Positions 12,060-25,819 of a DNA stretch of 64,000 nt are shown one piece after another. Both the position numbers and the translations under genes were made by a program. The notes under the pieces were generated by a model, which was not told the origin of the DNA, made no database searches, and worked only from the letters and a program-made list of their open reading frames with translations. The stretch is from Vicugna vicugna. Its lineage: Eukaryota. The stretch's first letter is position 1; the number at the start of each line of letters is the position of its first letter. The stretch is from contig MU058221.1 in the NCBI GenBank assembly GCA_013265495.1, forward strand, positions 3,596,001 to 3,660,000, given 5' to 3'.

Positions 12060-12321
12060 CGGCCCCCATCACAGAAGCTGGGACTTTTTCCATGTACAGC
12101 AAAGGCATCAAGTTGTGGAGCCACAGAGGAGACAGCGTATTTGGACCAGGTGGTGGTGAGAGTGAGCTTCTGCCTCATCCTGGGGAAGGGGCTGCTTTCT
12201 CTTCTTGTCTTATTCTCTTTTTCATTTTTGTTCCCCAGCTTTTTTGCTTGTTTTTTCCTCTTCTTTCTCACCTTTAATAAACATATCTTCTTGAGAATCT
12301 AATATTAGCAAGGGTGAGACA
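12060..12321 (+). mobile_element. Possible ancient ERVL/Gypsy-like LTR 3' part
   Basis: Ends aataaac...cttcttgagaatct...gggtgagaca (polyA signal, then a CA terminus). 5' boundary uncertain. Confidence 0.35.
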
Positions 12322-15129
12322 GTGAGAAAGTAGACCTACGGTCCTCCTAATTTTTTCATTCCTACACATTTTTTTTGTAAAACTTACGTGATCTAGAGTT
12401 CAAAAGCACCAGCTGGTTTGGGATTTGAGTTAAAGAGTCAACTAGTAATTGAAATTCTATTAATGTCATATATCTCATTGAATATATCACGGAATCATTA
12501 GTGGAAACTTCAAAACTGGGTTGAATTGTTCCTACTTCTTGCTTATGGAAATCCCTTCTTTCAGTATCTTTGTTCCATAAACTAACATGTTCCCTGAGCT
12601 TTCAGTTCCATATTTTTAAATTTAGAGAAAAGAGTTTACGTACACCTAGTAATTAACACTTTCAGTTTAAGTCTTAGCTCTTCCCTAATGGAGGGGCATT
12701 AGAGGATCATTTGTATAGCACATTAACTCAAATCCTTGATAATTTTATTTATCCTGTCTCCGATTCTAATACATATCCCTTCTCCCATTCTAGTATATAA
12801 TTTGTATAGTTCAGAGATCAGAGATACAAGAGGAATTCCCTGTTTTGCCCGAAGATAAAATAATGCTTCAGTGTGTAAATGGCTGTATCAGCCCAACTCT
12901 AATACAGATGGAATGCTTTTTTAGGAAGATTCAACCAAAGTGACAAAGATGAAAGCTCTACCTCACTTTGACTACAGACGTACAAACATGGCCTAAAATG
13001 ATGGTTGTAAAATGCTTCCCAAATTTGTCTAGTTTAAATCTTTTCTGTATGCCTTTTTCAATAATATTTTGAAACTATTTTTCAAGCCATGGTATGATTG
13101 ATGACTTTGTTGTTGAATAGAACTCATTTCAGAGGCTCTGTTTCTTCTCATTTCAAGCATTCTGCTATCTTTTAGATGGAGCCACTCACAAAGGTTTATG
13201 TGTAAATGTGTCAGGAAGTGAGAAGGCAGATTCCCTGCTCGATATGCAATCTTTAAAGGAAGAAAATGCCTGAAAAGAAATACTTGTTTCTCTTGGTCTT
13301 GCATACAGGTCCATGAAACTTGATGTTCTATGCACTAACCTACAATAATTCTAATACTTGAAACTAAGTTTGAGCAAAAATTGAGATAGTTATGCCTTTA
13401 AATGTGTACATGAGTATATAGATATGTTTAAAATATTATACTATTTTAATGATCATGTGTATAAAATAAATAGTCTATGTAATTTATTTTACACAGAATA
13501 AGGTATTTCAGAGCAATGCCACCACCTAACCACATGTGCTGGTGCATTCCTATAATCAATTTCAAGGCGAGGAATTTCCACCATTAGTCTAATTCTCCCT
13601 TACAGATCATTTATCACTTATGCAAAGCAGGTGAAGTAGTCAGTTTGCTGAGAAAATGAAGAATAATCCTAGCTCAATTCCAGAAATCCTTTCTCTTATC
13701 TTTACTCTATTTAATGAAGCCTTAAGAAGAATTTATTGAATCTCAGCGTATGCAAATGGTTTGTGCTCTTTAAACAAGCAACTTGTAATGCCACTGAAGC
13801 GTGGACCAAAAGAGTATTTTCTAAGTGAATATATGAATCAAATTTGTTAGCGAAGATGAAACAACCTGGAGTCTTAAGATACGAATGTTGGTTTTGCAGA
13901 AAGAAGAATTATATGTTTAGACAGAAGACGATAAAAATGCCAAAATAAACTCCACAGGCATTTATTAGAACCGACTGGTTTCTGAACGTGGCATCTCAAC
14001 AGAAGTCCTTTTGCCACGCGCTGACACAGAGCTGACTGACTCACTCCTCCCTGCCAACTCACGTGTCATCTGTTGAGCGCTGGAGAAATGCATTACTTTG
14101 GCTATGTGATACCCTACATCATAGGGTTCTAAAACTCACCCCCTATTTGCTCTTAGCAGACAAACAAAAAACCACACAATTAAAAATAACCACAATAACA
14201 ACACCACAAACATACCAACAGGCTGTTCTTAGACGATAAAAAATGTCAGGTAGTGACTTGGAGCATAATAGTGACTTACTTCAAAACATATGCACAAAAT
14301 TGAGTCAGGATTTGTAACATATAGGAAATCTCTCTCCATCGCCAAATACTTTGCTAAGATTCCACATTCGTAGAGCATACTGTTTCACCAGGAAATCTGA
14401 TAGGGAAAAGCTAAAACTCTGTAGGGTTATGGTGATTTCACTTTAAGGAAAATAAATATTACTCAGGAGACAGTTGAAAATATTTAGTTTTACAATAAAA
14501 ACTGTTGAGGAAAGGAAGAAGAGATCCACATATGTGAGAACTGAAGGCAACATTTCTTCCTGTCTCTGAGTTTAACAGTTCTGGGACCAGCATATTTTTC
14601 TGTTTCTCAGTTAAATAACACATAGAAAAAGCAAAAACAACAGCTTAGACATTTGATCCAGGAAATACTTGCTAACGGAAGATAAGACTATGAACCAAAT
14701 AAATGAGCTGATAATTATCAAGAATAACAGCTTATTCATCAAGGCTTTCTTAAGAGCCAGACCTTACTATGCCCGCCAACTCAAAGTTATTCTACCATAA
14801 AATTCACCCAGTTCTGAAAGAGTAGGAAACTAAATAACAAAATGGCTTCCCTGATGCTAAAGCTGTTTGCTGATTCATTCTGACCTACAATTCTTGCAAC
14901 TTGTTTTTCTCTTTTCTCTGACAAACCCCTACCTTTGCTTCACTTCCTCAATTATTTGTGTGCTAAACAGCCCCCAGCATTTCCATTACATTCGCCACTC
15001 CGTATACAGTCTTTTCCCAGAAACCCTTTCCTTTAACCCAGGAGCTGTACTCCAGGAAGGTGGTCACACCATCCTGGTGGGGCCGACAGCCTCAGAGGAA
15101 TTCCCAGACCCTCCGGCGTTTCTCTGTGA

Positions 15130-15399
15130 CTCCAGGTGGATTCATCAAGATTGAGAAGAATATAGCGCCCTGGAAAAATGCCCTGTTTGTTGTTGTCTTT
15201 CTGTTCTACTCAGTTTTTCTATAAAATCTCAAGACATCAACTCTAAGATGGGCTTAGAGACAGTCTCTGAGGCGTTATCCCTCTGTGACTCCCCTTTGCC
15301 GGGCAAAACAATAAAGCTGTTCTTTTCTACACCTCCCAAAACTCTGCCTCCAAGTCTCAATTTGACTATCAGGGTACAGAGGCCAGTTTCTCCGCAACA
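15130..15399 (+). mobile_element. ERV1-type LTR, 3' half (5' boundary uncertain)
   Basis: TATAAAA at 15220-15226, AATAAA at 15310-15315, U5-like end gaggccagtttctccgcaaca terminating in CA at 15399. Confidence 0.6.
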
Positions 15400-18300
15400 G
15401 ACTCCACAGGCCCTCACTATACAAGACCTGCCTTCAATTCATCCAGCCCAGGGTCTAAAAATCCTACAACTTCCCTGTTTTTCTCCCTCTGAGAGCCTTT
15501 AAGATTCTCTAAAGGCCCAGTAAGGTTACCTTTGCTTGACCAAGCGGGGTTTTCTGCTGCCGTTTAGTGAGTTAATGCTCGACAATCCTGATCTTCAAGG
15601 TTCTTTCCCGCATCCTGCTAGGACAGTCTTGCTGCTGTCACTCAAGACCCTTGATTTAGAAGAGCTCCTGTGCTCCTGAGCCTCCTGCTCTGAGACGTCT
15701 GCTCCAACAGAAGAGTGAAGTAAAGCCCACGGTAGGCCTGAGATCCAGTTTCTCTTCGTCATGCTCCCAAATGAAAGGTTCACTTTGTCATCTAGGAATG
15801 AGGAGCCATTTTGGCAACCTTTTGAATGTCTTATCAGCTTTGAGAACTCTTGCCCATCATGGAAACCTGCCTTGTCACTAAACAGCACTGCCGTCCATCT
15901 GTCAGTCATTGTTACTTTTTGTTGTCAATATAAAAAAGACATTTCATAACAAAGAAAGTGAGCATAGGTCTGATGGGTCTCTGAGAGCTGGCCCCGAGGG
16001 TGGACAAAGTCAGAAGTTCCCATCAAACTGGCATCTTCATAGGACAAATGTTTCTTGGATTACCTGTCAAAACTGAATGAGAATTTCCCTCAGTTATCTT
16101 GTCTGTAAGAGGCTTATTCATATAGAGATCTCTGCAAACTTTCTTTCTAGTGTGAGTTGCAGATTCTATGCGTTTACAAATGGAGTTGGCTATCTGTTAG
16201 CTTAGGGTCTAAACAACACAGGCAGATGATTCAGTGGACTATGCGTTGCCCTACACTCTTAAGTTTATCTTGGTCTAGGTTCCTGCGTAAGTCAGGCCAG
16301 ACTCCTGTAACTTAAATGCTTTTGTACTAAAATTATAATTCATATGTTTATCTTTCTTCGTTCCAGAATAAAATAATAATGTAGAATTGAAGTAGTTATT
16401 TGGTGATATTGTAATATGAACAGAATTACTCATTTATGGAGCTCATTAGAATGAAAAGGGTAAAATTTCAAAAATATCAAATCTCCAATTGTCTTCAATT
16501 TTAATTGGAATAAAGATACTCCCAAAATAAATTCGAAATTTGTTCTTTAATGAAGTCCTTACCCATGGCAAATAAACAGTTTGAGAAACTAGAACTGTTT
16601 TTCTTTCAGCTCCTTTCAAACCACAACCTGAGTCTCATCGCCTTTGTTTCAGGATTCCTCCTCTCTTTGTGGTTGATTTTTAGCCATAGTTTTGGTGTGA
16701 ACTGGATTTTTAGCTTGATATAAGTGAATAAGTGATGAAACTATATCCCCCCACTGAGTGACTTAAAATACATCCATTGTCAGATCATCTGTTTGAATAA
16801 TTGAAAAGCGCAATAAAACAAAAGCCAAATAAGATTCAGAATAAACTTACAGCCTTAAAGCTAAAACAATTAGATACTCTCTCTGCAATTATTAAATCCA
16901 GGAAGGGAACCTTTTCATCAAGGGATATGTGCTAGTCACTGTAATACTCTGTCAAGTGTATTTCACTCAAGAATCCAACGAGAGTGTATGTAGATATTTT
17001 ATGATTTCAGGACCATTAATAAAATAATTATAACCTTTGTTCCTGGAGAACCAAATCTAAATAGTATTTATCCTCAGTATAACCTAAGGCTACGCAGTTT
17101 ACAGTGGAACTCTGTGTTCTACCTAGTTTTGATCCTTTTAGATAAAGATAGTTAATTTTATCTTTCCCTTCAAATTACAACCATTCATCTAGACAGTTAT
17201 TCCTCTGGAATTTATTAAGACAGCTACCCATTTTTATAAGCTTTTAACCAGGACCTTAGGAACCTAAATTTTCCTGTGATTCCACTCATATCCAATATGT
17301 GAATGAATTATTGCTATTTTTCACAATTGAGATGACCTCTAATACCATTGATTGAATTTAACTGTTCATTCATTGTTCTAACTTAGAAAAGACAAAGTCT
17401 TTAAAGAAATGTATTAATTTTACTAAGACTAATTTCATGAGGGAGGCCATGATTTATCCCATGAAGATAAATTCCTCCTGTCTTAAATATTATAAATAAC
17501 CCCAAATCTGTCTACCTATTCATATTCGAGAAATTCTGTGCAGGACTGTGGTGTTTCCACTCAGCACATAGAAGTAATCAGACACTAGTAGCTTATCACC
17601 ACTTTCTCTTGACTTAATTTCAAAACCCATCTTTTCTCAGGGCAATAGAAGCTGGACCAGTACACAACTAAATCTCTGGAGACGTTCACCAACTTGGTTT
17701 TAGGGACTTCATTGTCCCTCATATGGTTCAAACCTTGTCACTTACTGAAAATATACAGCATTTTTCAGTGCACAAGCTTCCAGCCTATGAAATTTGGTGA
17801 CCACCCGCCGTTAGAGTTACGGGTGTTCTATTTTAAATCCTCCTACTCTTCTGTTAACAGTGGGGACAACTTAGTTGCCTAGTTCTTTTCCAAGAATGAT
17901 TTATAAGCTGAACATACTTTTATAGAGCCCCACTAGAAAATTCATATTTTATTTGTTGGTGTTTATGAAACACAAAATATTAGAAAAAAATATTGCATAA
18001 CAGCTATCAGCCATCCCTCGTGTATGATCACGTGCCAGAGGTAAATTCACTCTAGATGGAAGACGTCACTGCACTTGGCCAACTTTGTGATGAACTAGAG
18101 GGTCAGTGTATGCACTTCATTAAGCCAATATTCTTTGGAAGTCATCCATAGATTTTTACTTTTTTGGAAATAATTTTTTTTTGACTGCAGAAGAACACAG
18201 AATTAAAAATGATTAACAGATTAAATGACTTTTAAGAGCTCAGTGTTTCCTGAGGGGCTGATTATTACAAATGCAGAGGCCTGCACACAATGATGACATG

Positions 18301-18997
18301 GAAACTCAAGAGCACGCTCTGGTTTATCATGAGGCAGGCAGACAACCACTGAGATGCTAGTCCTAAAACAACAACTCAAATGTGCACATCTTTGGTGAGG
18401 TTACAAGAGGTTGTTATAGAAAGCCAGCAATTGACTTCATGGTCAGAAAAGTGATAAAACTGGTCTGAAAATTACAGGAGGATAAGCTTTGGTGTTTCCA
18501 TGATAGCTAAATTTTAGCTCCAAGGACCTCAAGTGGAAGCTTGGAAAGATTTTACATAAAATCACCCATCACTGCAAGAAGAAAAAAATAGCCACTGTAC
18601 TGAATCAAAATTGATAGTGGAAATATTTACTACAATTTCTGAAGGTTCTGTGGCGCTTGTCTCTCCTATAAGCAGCTTTATCCCGGGGATTCTAAAGTTG
18701 AGACATGGGCAAAGGCCCACATCTCAGAGGTACTTTTAACATCCCTAAGTAGATTTCAAACATGTACCCCTCACAGTGGGTACATGGGGGCTTCTGTATA
18801 CCATCTTATTTGCTTATTCTGAAAATGATTTGTAGCATTTCCTTTAGAGAGAGCCATAGCTCTGACAATAGCAAAGGTGCTTTTATTTTCCATTCTCATC
18901 TGCAACCTATCTCTTCAACGACAGGAGCAGACATTTTACTGAAAGTCCTTTAAAGAGCCTTGCAAAATCTTCTTACTTAGAAACTTAGTTCACATAC

Positions 18998-20150
18998 TAT
19001 TACCCAGTCCAAACGTGTTCTGCTCATCACACAACAGGACAGTAAATTGGGAAATGATGTGTTGGGGCAAGGAATAACGACTTTATTTTGAAAGTCAGCA
19101 GACTGAGGAGATGGCAGACTAATGTCCTGGAGAACCATCTTCACCAAGGCAGAATTCAGGCTCCTTTTATACTAAAAAGGGGAAGGAGGTGTGGTTGGTT
19201 GTTGCGAACTTCTTGGTGTCGAAATCCTTTTTTCTTGCAGCTGTGCACCTAGGTCAGATTGTTGTGTTTCTACAAACCTCCAACAAACAAATGTTATTTT
19301 ATGCTCTGCAACTTATCTTTATGCGAATGGGAAAGTGTTATACCCTGAAAGGTCAGGGCCTTGAGAATAGGCTGTCCTGTATATTTCAGGCTGTAGGCAA
19401 CATCTTATTTTTCTTTTAATTGAAGTATAGTCAGTTATAATGTGGTCGGTCTCTGGTGTACAGTATAATCTCAAACTCCCAAATTTATCCCTTCTCACAC
19501 CTTCCCCTCCAACCCCCTGTAACCATAAGATTGTTTACTATGTCTGGGAGTCTGTTTTATAGATGAGTTCATTAGTGTCTTATTTTTTTCTTTTTTTTAG
19601 ATTCCACATATAAGTGATATCATATGGTATTTTTCTTTCTCTGTCTGGCTTCCTTCACTTAGAATGACAATCTCCACATCCATCCATGTCGCTGCCAATG
19701 GCATTACTTTATTATTTTTTATGGCTGAGTAGTATTCCATTGTATAACTGTAGCACAACTTCTTTATCCAGTCATCTGTCAGTGGACATTTAGGCTGTTT
19801 CCATGTCTTGGCTATTGTAAATATTGCTGCTATGAACACTGGGCTGCATGTATCTTTTCAAATTTGAGTTCCCTTTAGGTGTATGTCCAGCAGTAGGATT
19901 CCTGGATCATATGGTGAGTCTATTTTTAGTTTTTTGAGGCGTCTCCATACTGTTTTGCATAATGGTTGCACCAAACTACATTCCCGCTGACAGTGTACGA
20001 GGGTTCCCTTTGCTCCACACCCTCTCCAGCATTTATCGTTCTTTTACAAAAGGTGCAGAACTGGTCTGACTAAGCCCAGGAAATAGGGCGCAGGATTAGA
20101 GCTAAAGGAACAGATCTAACATGAAGTCAGATGTTTTCTTCCCTATACCA
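18998..20150 (-). mobile_element. ERV1 solo LTR (copy 1 of 3), split by an L1 insertion at ~19407-20040
   Basis: 18998-19406 and 20041-20150 align colinearly with the intact copies at 43553-44070 and 56608-57121 (shared gttggggcaaggaat, gaaccatctt, ggctccttttatactaaaa, ggcaacat|cttttacaaaagg). Confidence 0.85.
19407..20040 (-). mobile_element. 5'-truncated lineage-specific LINE-1 (ORF2 C-terminus plus 3' UTR with internal deletion)
   Basis: ORF 19597-19839 MFIAAIFTIAKTWKQPKCPLTDDWIKKL...SLICGI is the L1 ORF2p C-terminus. T-rich tail and attgaagtatagtcagtt 3' end on the left. Confidence 0.92.
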
Positions 20151-20519
20151 TAATCAGTATCCAGGAAAGAAAAAATAATGGAATTCTAAAACTAAATTTA
20201 GCAAAGCTCTCAGAGACCCTCATACTTTTATGATTTTGCTAGTTACTTTAATAACAAAAATATTGATTTCTCCTGAGAGTCACCAACTTGCCCCTTATGA
20301 TTTAGTAACAGACTGACCAATACCTATAAGAATGTCACCTCTGATTTTAGTCTCTGCCTTATTGCAGATAGACATGGCCAGATGCTGCGAAGGACTGATG
20401 TCCTGCTCACAGTCTTATTATTAACAACAACTTAAACTCAACGTCCTCCTAAACATCTCTTACTTCCATGACCTAACGCCTGGAGACCTAGAGTTTTGTA
20501 AAACACATCAGAGTTTTTA

Positions 20520-20820
20520 AGACTTTTTTAAAGGAGCAGTTTTAGTTTTACAGAAAAATCGGAAGGAAAGTAGAGAGATTTCACATATATGCTCTACCCC
20601 TACATGCGCGTTGCCTCCCTCAGGATCAGCATCCCACACCGAAGTGGTACCTGTGTTATCACTGGTGAACCCACACTGATATCTCACGATAACCAACGCC
20701 CATAGTTTACAGTCAGGTTCTCTCTGGGTGTTGTATGTTCTGCAGACTTGCACAAATGCATAATGGCTTGTAATCGCCATTATAGTATCATCTACAGTAT
20801 TCTTACCGCCTTAAAATCTC
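20520..20820 (-). mobile_element. L1MC-type 3' UTR relic
   Basis: gagcagttttagttttacagaaaaat...cccatagtttacagtcaggttc...cattatagtatcat matches the recalled L1MC 3' end. Confidence 0.75.
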
Positions 20821-22229
20821 TTAGGGCCAGATGTTGCCGATAGCTGTGAAATCTCAAAGAAAAAGATACAATCAGGCATGATTAACATCTATCATGGAAA
20901 CTGGGGATAATTGCTGAGCATTCTTAGAAATTGTTTTAGTGTAATAAGTTCGCTTTTATCGAAGACCTGTAGATCAAGGAGTTGAAAGCACGAAGTAGAC
21001 AGCTTTCTACAAATATCCTTGGAATAAGGTGCTGGTACCCAAGCCCCCGAAAGCATGCTTTAGTCTACGTGGTTTTGTTCTATGTCTTAGGAGCTATTTT
21101 CTTTCCTCTTTGATGCTTTTAAGATTCTGGACTATTACCAGGCATTTTTATTCTTAACAATGCTACCAATAAAGTGCCTATTCTTAATATTTCTCTTTGT
21201 GGTTTTTACTTACTTTTTATTCTGTATCCGAAATCCTAGGTACAATTTGATTGTTACTTGGCTAAAACATACAAACTTTTTGAGTTTTTATACTCTTTCT
21301 TTTGTGTGCCACTCTGTTTCCTTTGATATTATTTTTTGTGTATCATTTACCAAGTGATGCTTTAGATAAAAATCAACACAACAGGGCAGATATCATCTGT
21401 CACAATCTCGATCGTCATCTACCTAAAAAGCATGTGTTGTCAACACAGAAATAGCATTTAAGAGTCTCTCATGGAAGCCAGCTCTTGTGCCTAAACAGTT
21501 ACGCAAACCAAGTAGTAAAAGAACCAGAACGAATGATGCCCATTAAGTCATCATCAAATTTTGTCAGATCTCCTAAGAAAAATACATTAGGTAGGCACCA
21601 AGAACCTATTAAGTCTTTCTGTGATCTCTGTAGTACAAATTTTATCTCTTGTGGCCAGACCAACCTTTGAGGGAGTGCCAAAATATTTCCATACCACTCA
21701 GAAAACTTATATGGCTATTTTGATTAAAAAAAAAACCATATATTTAGATGTAAAAACCTGGTATTAGATTTATGATCCACAAACCTGCATTCAAGAGACT
21801 GTTATTCAAAGGGTCAACTTCTGGCTTATCAATCTCTCATCTTAGGGGAAAAAAAAGTAATTCAGTTTAGAAGAAGAAAAATTAGGCCACAATTTTATTA
21901 AAACAAAAAAACAAACAAAAATACTTTAGCCTCCAAATTGGAGTTTGGGGCTACTGTTCTCTGTCTCCAAGTCTCTTTATTATTTTATAATTGCTCTGAA
22001 AACTGGGATAGTCCTATATGCCAGGGTACCTCTGTACCATGCTATGAAACTTGGAAAATGTATTTAAAGTTATAGAACTCCTTGCAGAAGAAATTTAAGA
22101 AATTGTGCGGATTGTGGTTCGAAATAGATCTGATTTAGAATTAATACGGTCTTGTTGATGGGGAATATGTACTGTGTTGGGGTAAGAATATTGTGTATAT
22201 TTTCCAAAAGATCTCTTTTGAATCTTGTC

Positions 22230-24040
22230 CATTATGAAAAAGAGTTTGCAAAATAGATTCAGCCAATTCATTGAAAGACCCAATCTACGAAAACTCACCC
22301 AGAAGAAATAAATAATCTGAATAGATTTATATTTACTAAAGAAGTGAAATTAATGCTTAATAACCTTCCAAAATACAAGGTCCCAGACCCAGATAAATTC
22401 TGTCATTTAAGGAAGACATGTTACCAATTCTCTAAAATCTCTTTCGTAGGATAAAAGGGGAGAGAGAATACTTTTAACTCATTCTTTGAGGCTAGCGTTA
22501 CCCTCGTTCTAAAACCAGACAAAGATATTGCCTGAAAAGAAAACTACAAACTCTCCCATGAAATTCTCAAAAAATTTGCAAAAATTCTCAAAACCCCCCC
22601 CCAAAAAACAGCACACTGAATTCAAGAATGTGTGAAAAGAATTTTATGCCATGACCAAGTAGTATTTATCCTATGCTTGCCGTGCTGGTTCAACACTTGA
22701 AAATCAATTAATGTAAATTATCACATCAGCAGGCTAAAAAATAAAAAATCACATAACCATATCAAAAGATGCAGAAAAACACTTGACAAAATTCAACACC
22801 CATTCATGATAAAAACCGTCAGTAAACAGGATAGAGGGGAACTTCTCCAACTAGATAAAGAGTATCTACAAAAACCCTTCGGCTAACATTATACTTAATG
22901 TTGAAAAGTTCCAAAATTGCCCACTAAGATTAAGGACAAGACAAGGATGTCCCCTCTTTCCACTCCTTTGCATCAATGTCCTGAAAGTCCTTGTTCATGT
23001 AACTAAGTAAGAAAAAGAAATAAAGAGTATACAGGTTGGAAAGGAAGAACTAAAAAGAAATAAAACCGTCTTCATTTGTGAATCACGTGAGTATCTATGT
23101 ATCGACCAAAAGACTCTTGGAACTAATAATTGATTAGAGCAAGGATTATTATAATTGCAGGTCACAAGGATAAAACTTTCATAAAAGTCTACCACTTTCC
23201 TGTGTACTAGCAATAAATAAGTAGAATTTTGAACTAAAAATATAATATATATATTAGCACCCTGAAAAATGAAATATATAAGTACACATATAACTAATTA
23301 TGTACAATATCTATATTAGTAAAACTACAGAAGCCTGATGAACAGAACCAATGATGAGCTAAGTAAGTAGAGAGACGTTCTGTTTCATCAGTAGGAAGAC
23401 TCACTGTTGTCAACGTGGCTGTTCTTCTCAACTTGATCTATAGACTCAGTGCGATTTCAATCAAAATCTCAGCAAGTTGTCTTGCAGATATTAACAAAGC
23501 AACAGTAAAGTTTATATGGAGACACAAAATACTCAGAATAGCCGTGACACCACTGAAGGAGACGAGCAAAGCTGGAGGGCTGACACTACCTGAATTCAAG
23601 ACTTCCTGCAAAGCTACGGTAATCGACCCAGTGTGGGGTAAGGGAAGGAACAGACAAACAGATCCGTGGAGAGCCTGGAAATAGACCCCAGTAAATGAAG
23701 TTGCCTCATCTTTGATGAGGCAGCAAAAGCAAAACCATGGAGCAAAGATAGACTTTTCAACAAATGAAGCTGGAACAACTTGACATCAGTATGCCACAAA
23801 AAAAAAATTAATCTGGATACAGACTGACACCCTTCAGAAAAATGAACTTAAAGTGGATCATAGACCTAAATGTAGAATGCAAAATTATGAACACCTCGAA
23901 GATAACAGAGGAGAAAACCAGGGTAACCGAGATCATGGGGAAGCTATGCGTGTATGGGGCAGGGCGTATTTGTGAAGTCTCCTTTGAGTTTTCCTGTGAA
24001 CCTCATACTGCTCTAAACAGAAATATCGTCTTTGAAAAAT
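22230..24040 (+). mobile_element. Old LINE-1 (L1MC-like) ORF2 RT region joined to its 3' end, degenerate
   Basis: ORF 23415-23684 (LIYRLSAISIKI...KAGGLTLPEFK...KATVI) and aaagatgcagaaaaacacttgacaaaattcaacacccattcatgataaaaa are ORF2p signatures. 23930-24040 matches the L1MC terminal sequence. Confidence 0.9.
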
Positions 24041-25074
24041 TGAATAATTTGGCTAATACCATCATATCTCATTCTTTGAGCTCTTCATATGGGGAATGGT
24101 TTATTCATATCAGTTATCTTTGTCAAGTTACAAATTACTGCAAACATAATGACTTAATAATATACATTCATTAGCTTAGAACATGACAGCTTACTTCATC
24201 AAAGTCAACAAGGGAGAGAGGAGGGCTAGCAAGAGGAATTTCTTGAAATGAAATTACTTCCCTTCGGTCTTGATATAATCTATTGATTAGAAGCAAATTA
24301 TTCCTGTGAGGAAGATTCCTCAAGGATCTGAATAACAGTAGCTAGGTTTTTGGAGAGTCACTTTCAACGTTATTGACCTCAAGTATTTGTACTTCTTGTC
24401 TGTTTGTTGTTTGTTTGTTGGCTTAGCGATCGTGTTATACATTTTTATCACTTTCTTTTGCTTTTGTATTTGACTATGTTGCAGTCCTCAAATACGTAAT
24501 CTCCAGGGCTTTCATTTAGGCAGCACAGCTGATTTCATAACAAATAACCAGCCAAAGGGAAAAAAAATCTGATATATACGGACATTGGAACAACTGTCAG
24601 TAGAAACGCTACGCGCAATCATGACACATCAGTGGTGAGGACTGACTGTGACCTCAGTCAATACTGACCTATGATTATCCGTGTAGGCGAGACCACAATG
24701 GGAGAGGGGGGCTGAGAACTAAAGCCAAAATGATTTCCTCTTCCTGATGTAAAACTCATTTGTCTGCCGGTGTTCAGCAGTTCTGGGACCTAATTGAAAA
24801 TGAATAGTTTTGAGTAAAGGAAGAAGAGATTGACACACCTGTGAACTCAAATCAACAGACATTCTGGTCCCTGTTCAGCAACTCAGTGACCAGGCTTGCT
24901 TTCCTGCTCCTATGCTGAATAACGCTGAGGGTCAGTGAAAATCAATTGGGCTCTTGCCTAGGCAGTTTTGATCCAGGACGTTAAGACTGTAAACCAGCTA
25001 AAACAGTTTACTTTGTCAGTACAAACTGATTCCTTGTCACAGATCCAGTCGAGATCCTTGATTTACCGAGTTGC

Positions 25075-25262
25075 CAATCCAAAGTTATCATGTATGAATC
25101 GTGCTAATCCTCACATGCTCCCCACTTTCACAAATGACCTTAACAACCCCCACACATGGTTTAACCCTCTGCTGGCGCCATTTTGAAATTTTTACTAATT
25201 ATTTTAAAATTTATTTTAAAATTTTGCAGTTTTTGGTAGGACTACACTACGTTGCCAGTCCT
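25075..25262. mobile_element. MER45A-like hAT-Tip100 DNA transposon relic
   Basis: tggtttaaccctctgctggcgccattttgaaatt...ttttgca...gttgccagtcct resembles the recalled MER45A consensus (ggtttaatgctctgctgtcgccgtcttgaaattc...gtagccggtcctg). Confidence 0.5.
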
Positions 25263-25712
25263 ACCAATCAACACCTTAACACTAATTTTCTCACTTTTGG
25301 GAAATGACCAAGACTGTTGTAATGGAATTCTCTTCTTCTGAGGCGTGGCTGGGACACTTAGCTCTGCATGGTTAACGGGTCTTTTCCGGTGTTCTTTCGG
25401 GAAGTTAACGGTCAGTGTATCTGTTAATATATGCTGCTTTATTTTCTTACTCTTACTAAACGTTGTTTCACATAACAATGTAAAGCAATTAAGCTTATCC
25501 CATAATGAAGTATTCATGTTCACAGTCACTATGTGAGTCTTAGGAGATGAAAAGCCAATGGGGAGCAATGTTGGGAATTTAACGAGGTGAAAAGTAGAAT
25601 CTTGGTTTTCCGTAGAAAAATCGTGCAAACTTTTTTTTTTAAAGACTTGAGCTTCGATCACTTCCGGTGGTATGAGTGCAGATTCTTTTTTCTCAGATGG
25701 CACTGCACTTAC

Positions 25713-25819
25713 CTCGCTTTCTTTATTTTCCCCGTGGAGGAATTACTGACGCCATGATACTTCCCCAGCTGGTCTTCCATGAGAGCTGCACAGCTTGTGC
25801 TGCGAGGACAGTCACATAT
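25713..25819 (-). other. Candidate exon (107 nt)
   Basis: Minus strand ttacttaacccttcag|ATATG...AAAGCGAG|gtaagtg: perfect donor and branch-like TTAAC. One open frame (ICDCPRSTSCAALMEDQLGKYHGVSNSSTGKIKKA) with no recognised homology. Confidence 0.3.

Noticed and set aside
15595-15909. ORF containing RWTAVLFSDK, similar to the Tc1/mariner W..VLFSDE motif
   Set aside because: The similarity does not extend to other DDE motifs, and there are no terminal inverted repeats. Treated as chance.
25233-25267. Perfect 11-bp hairpin ttggtaggact / agtcctaccaa
   Set aside because: It overlaps the end of the MER45A-like relic and is too short for a pre-miRNA. No further support.
25242-25703. 153-aa minus-strand ORF
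   Set aside because: No recognisable homology. It starts just inside the intron side of a strong donor and reads through a T-run and a repeat edge.
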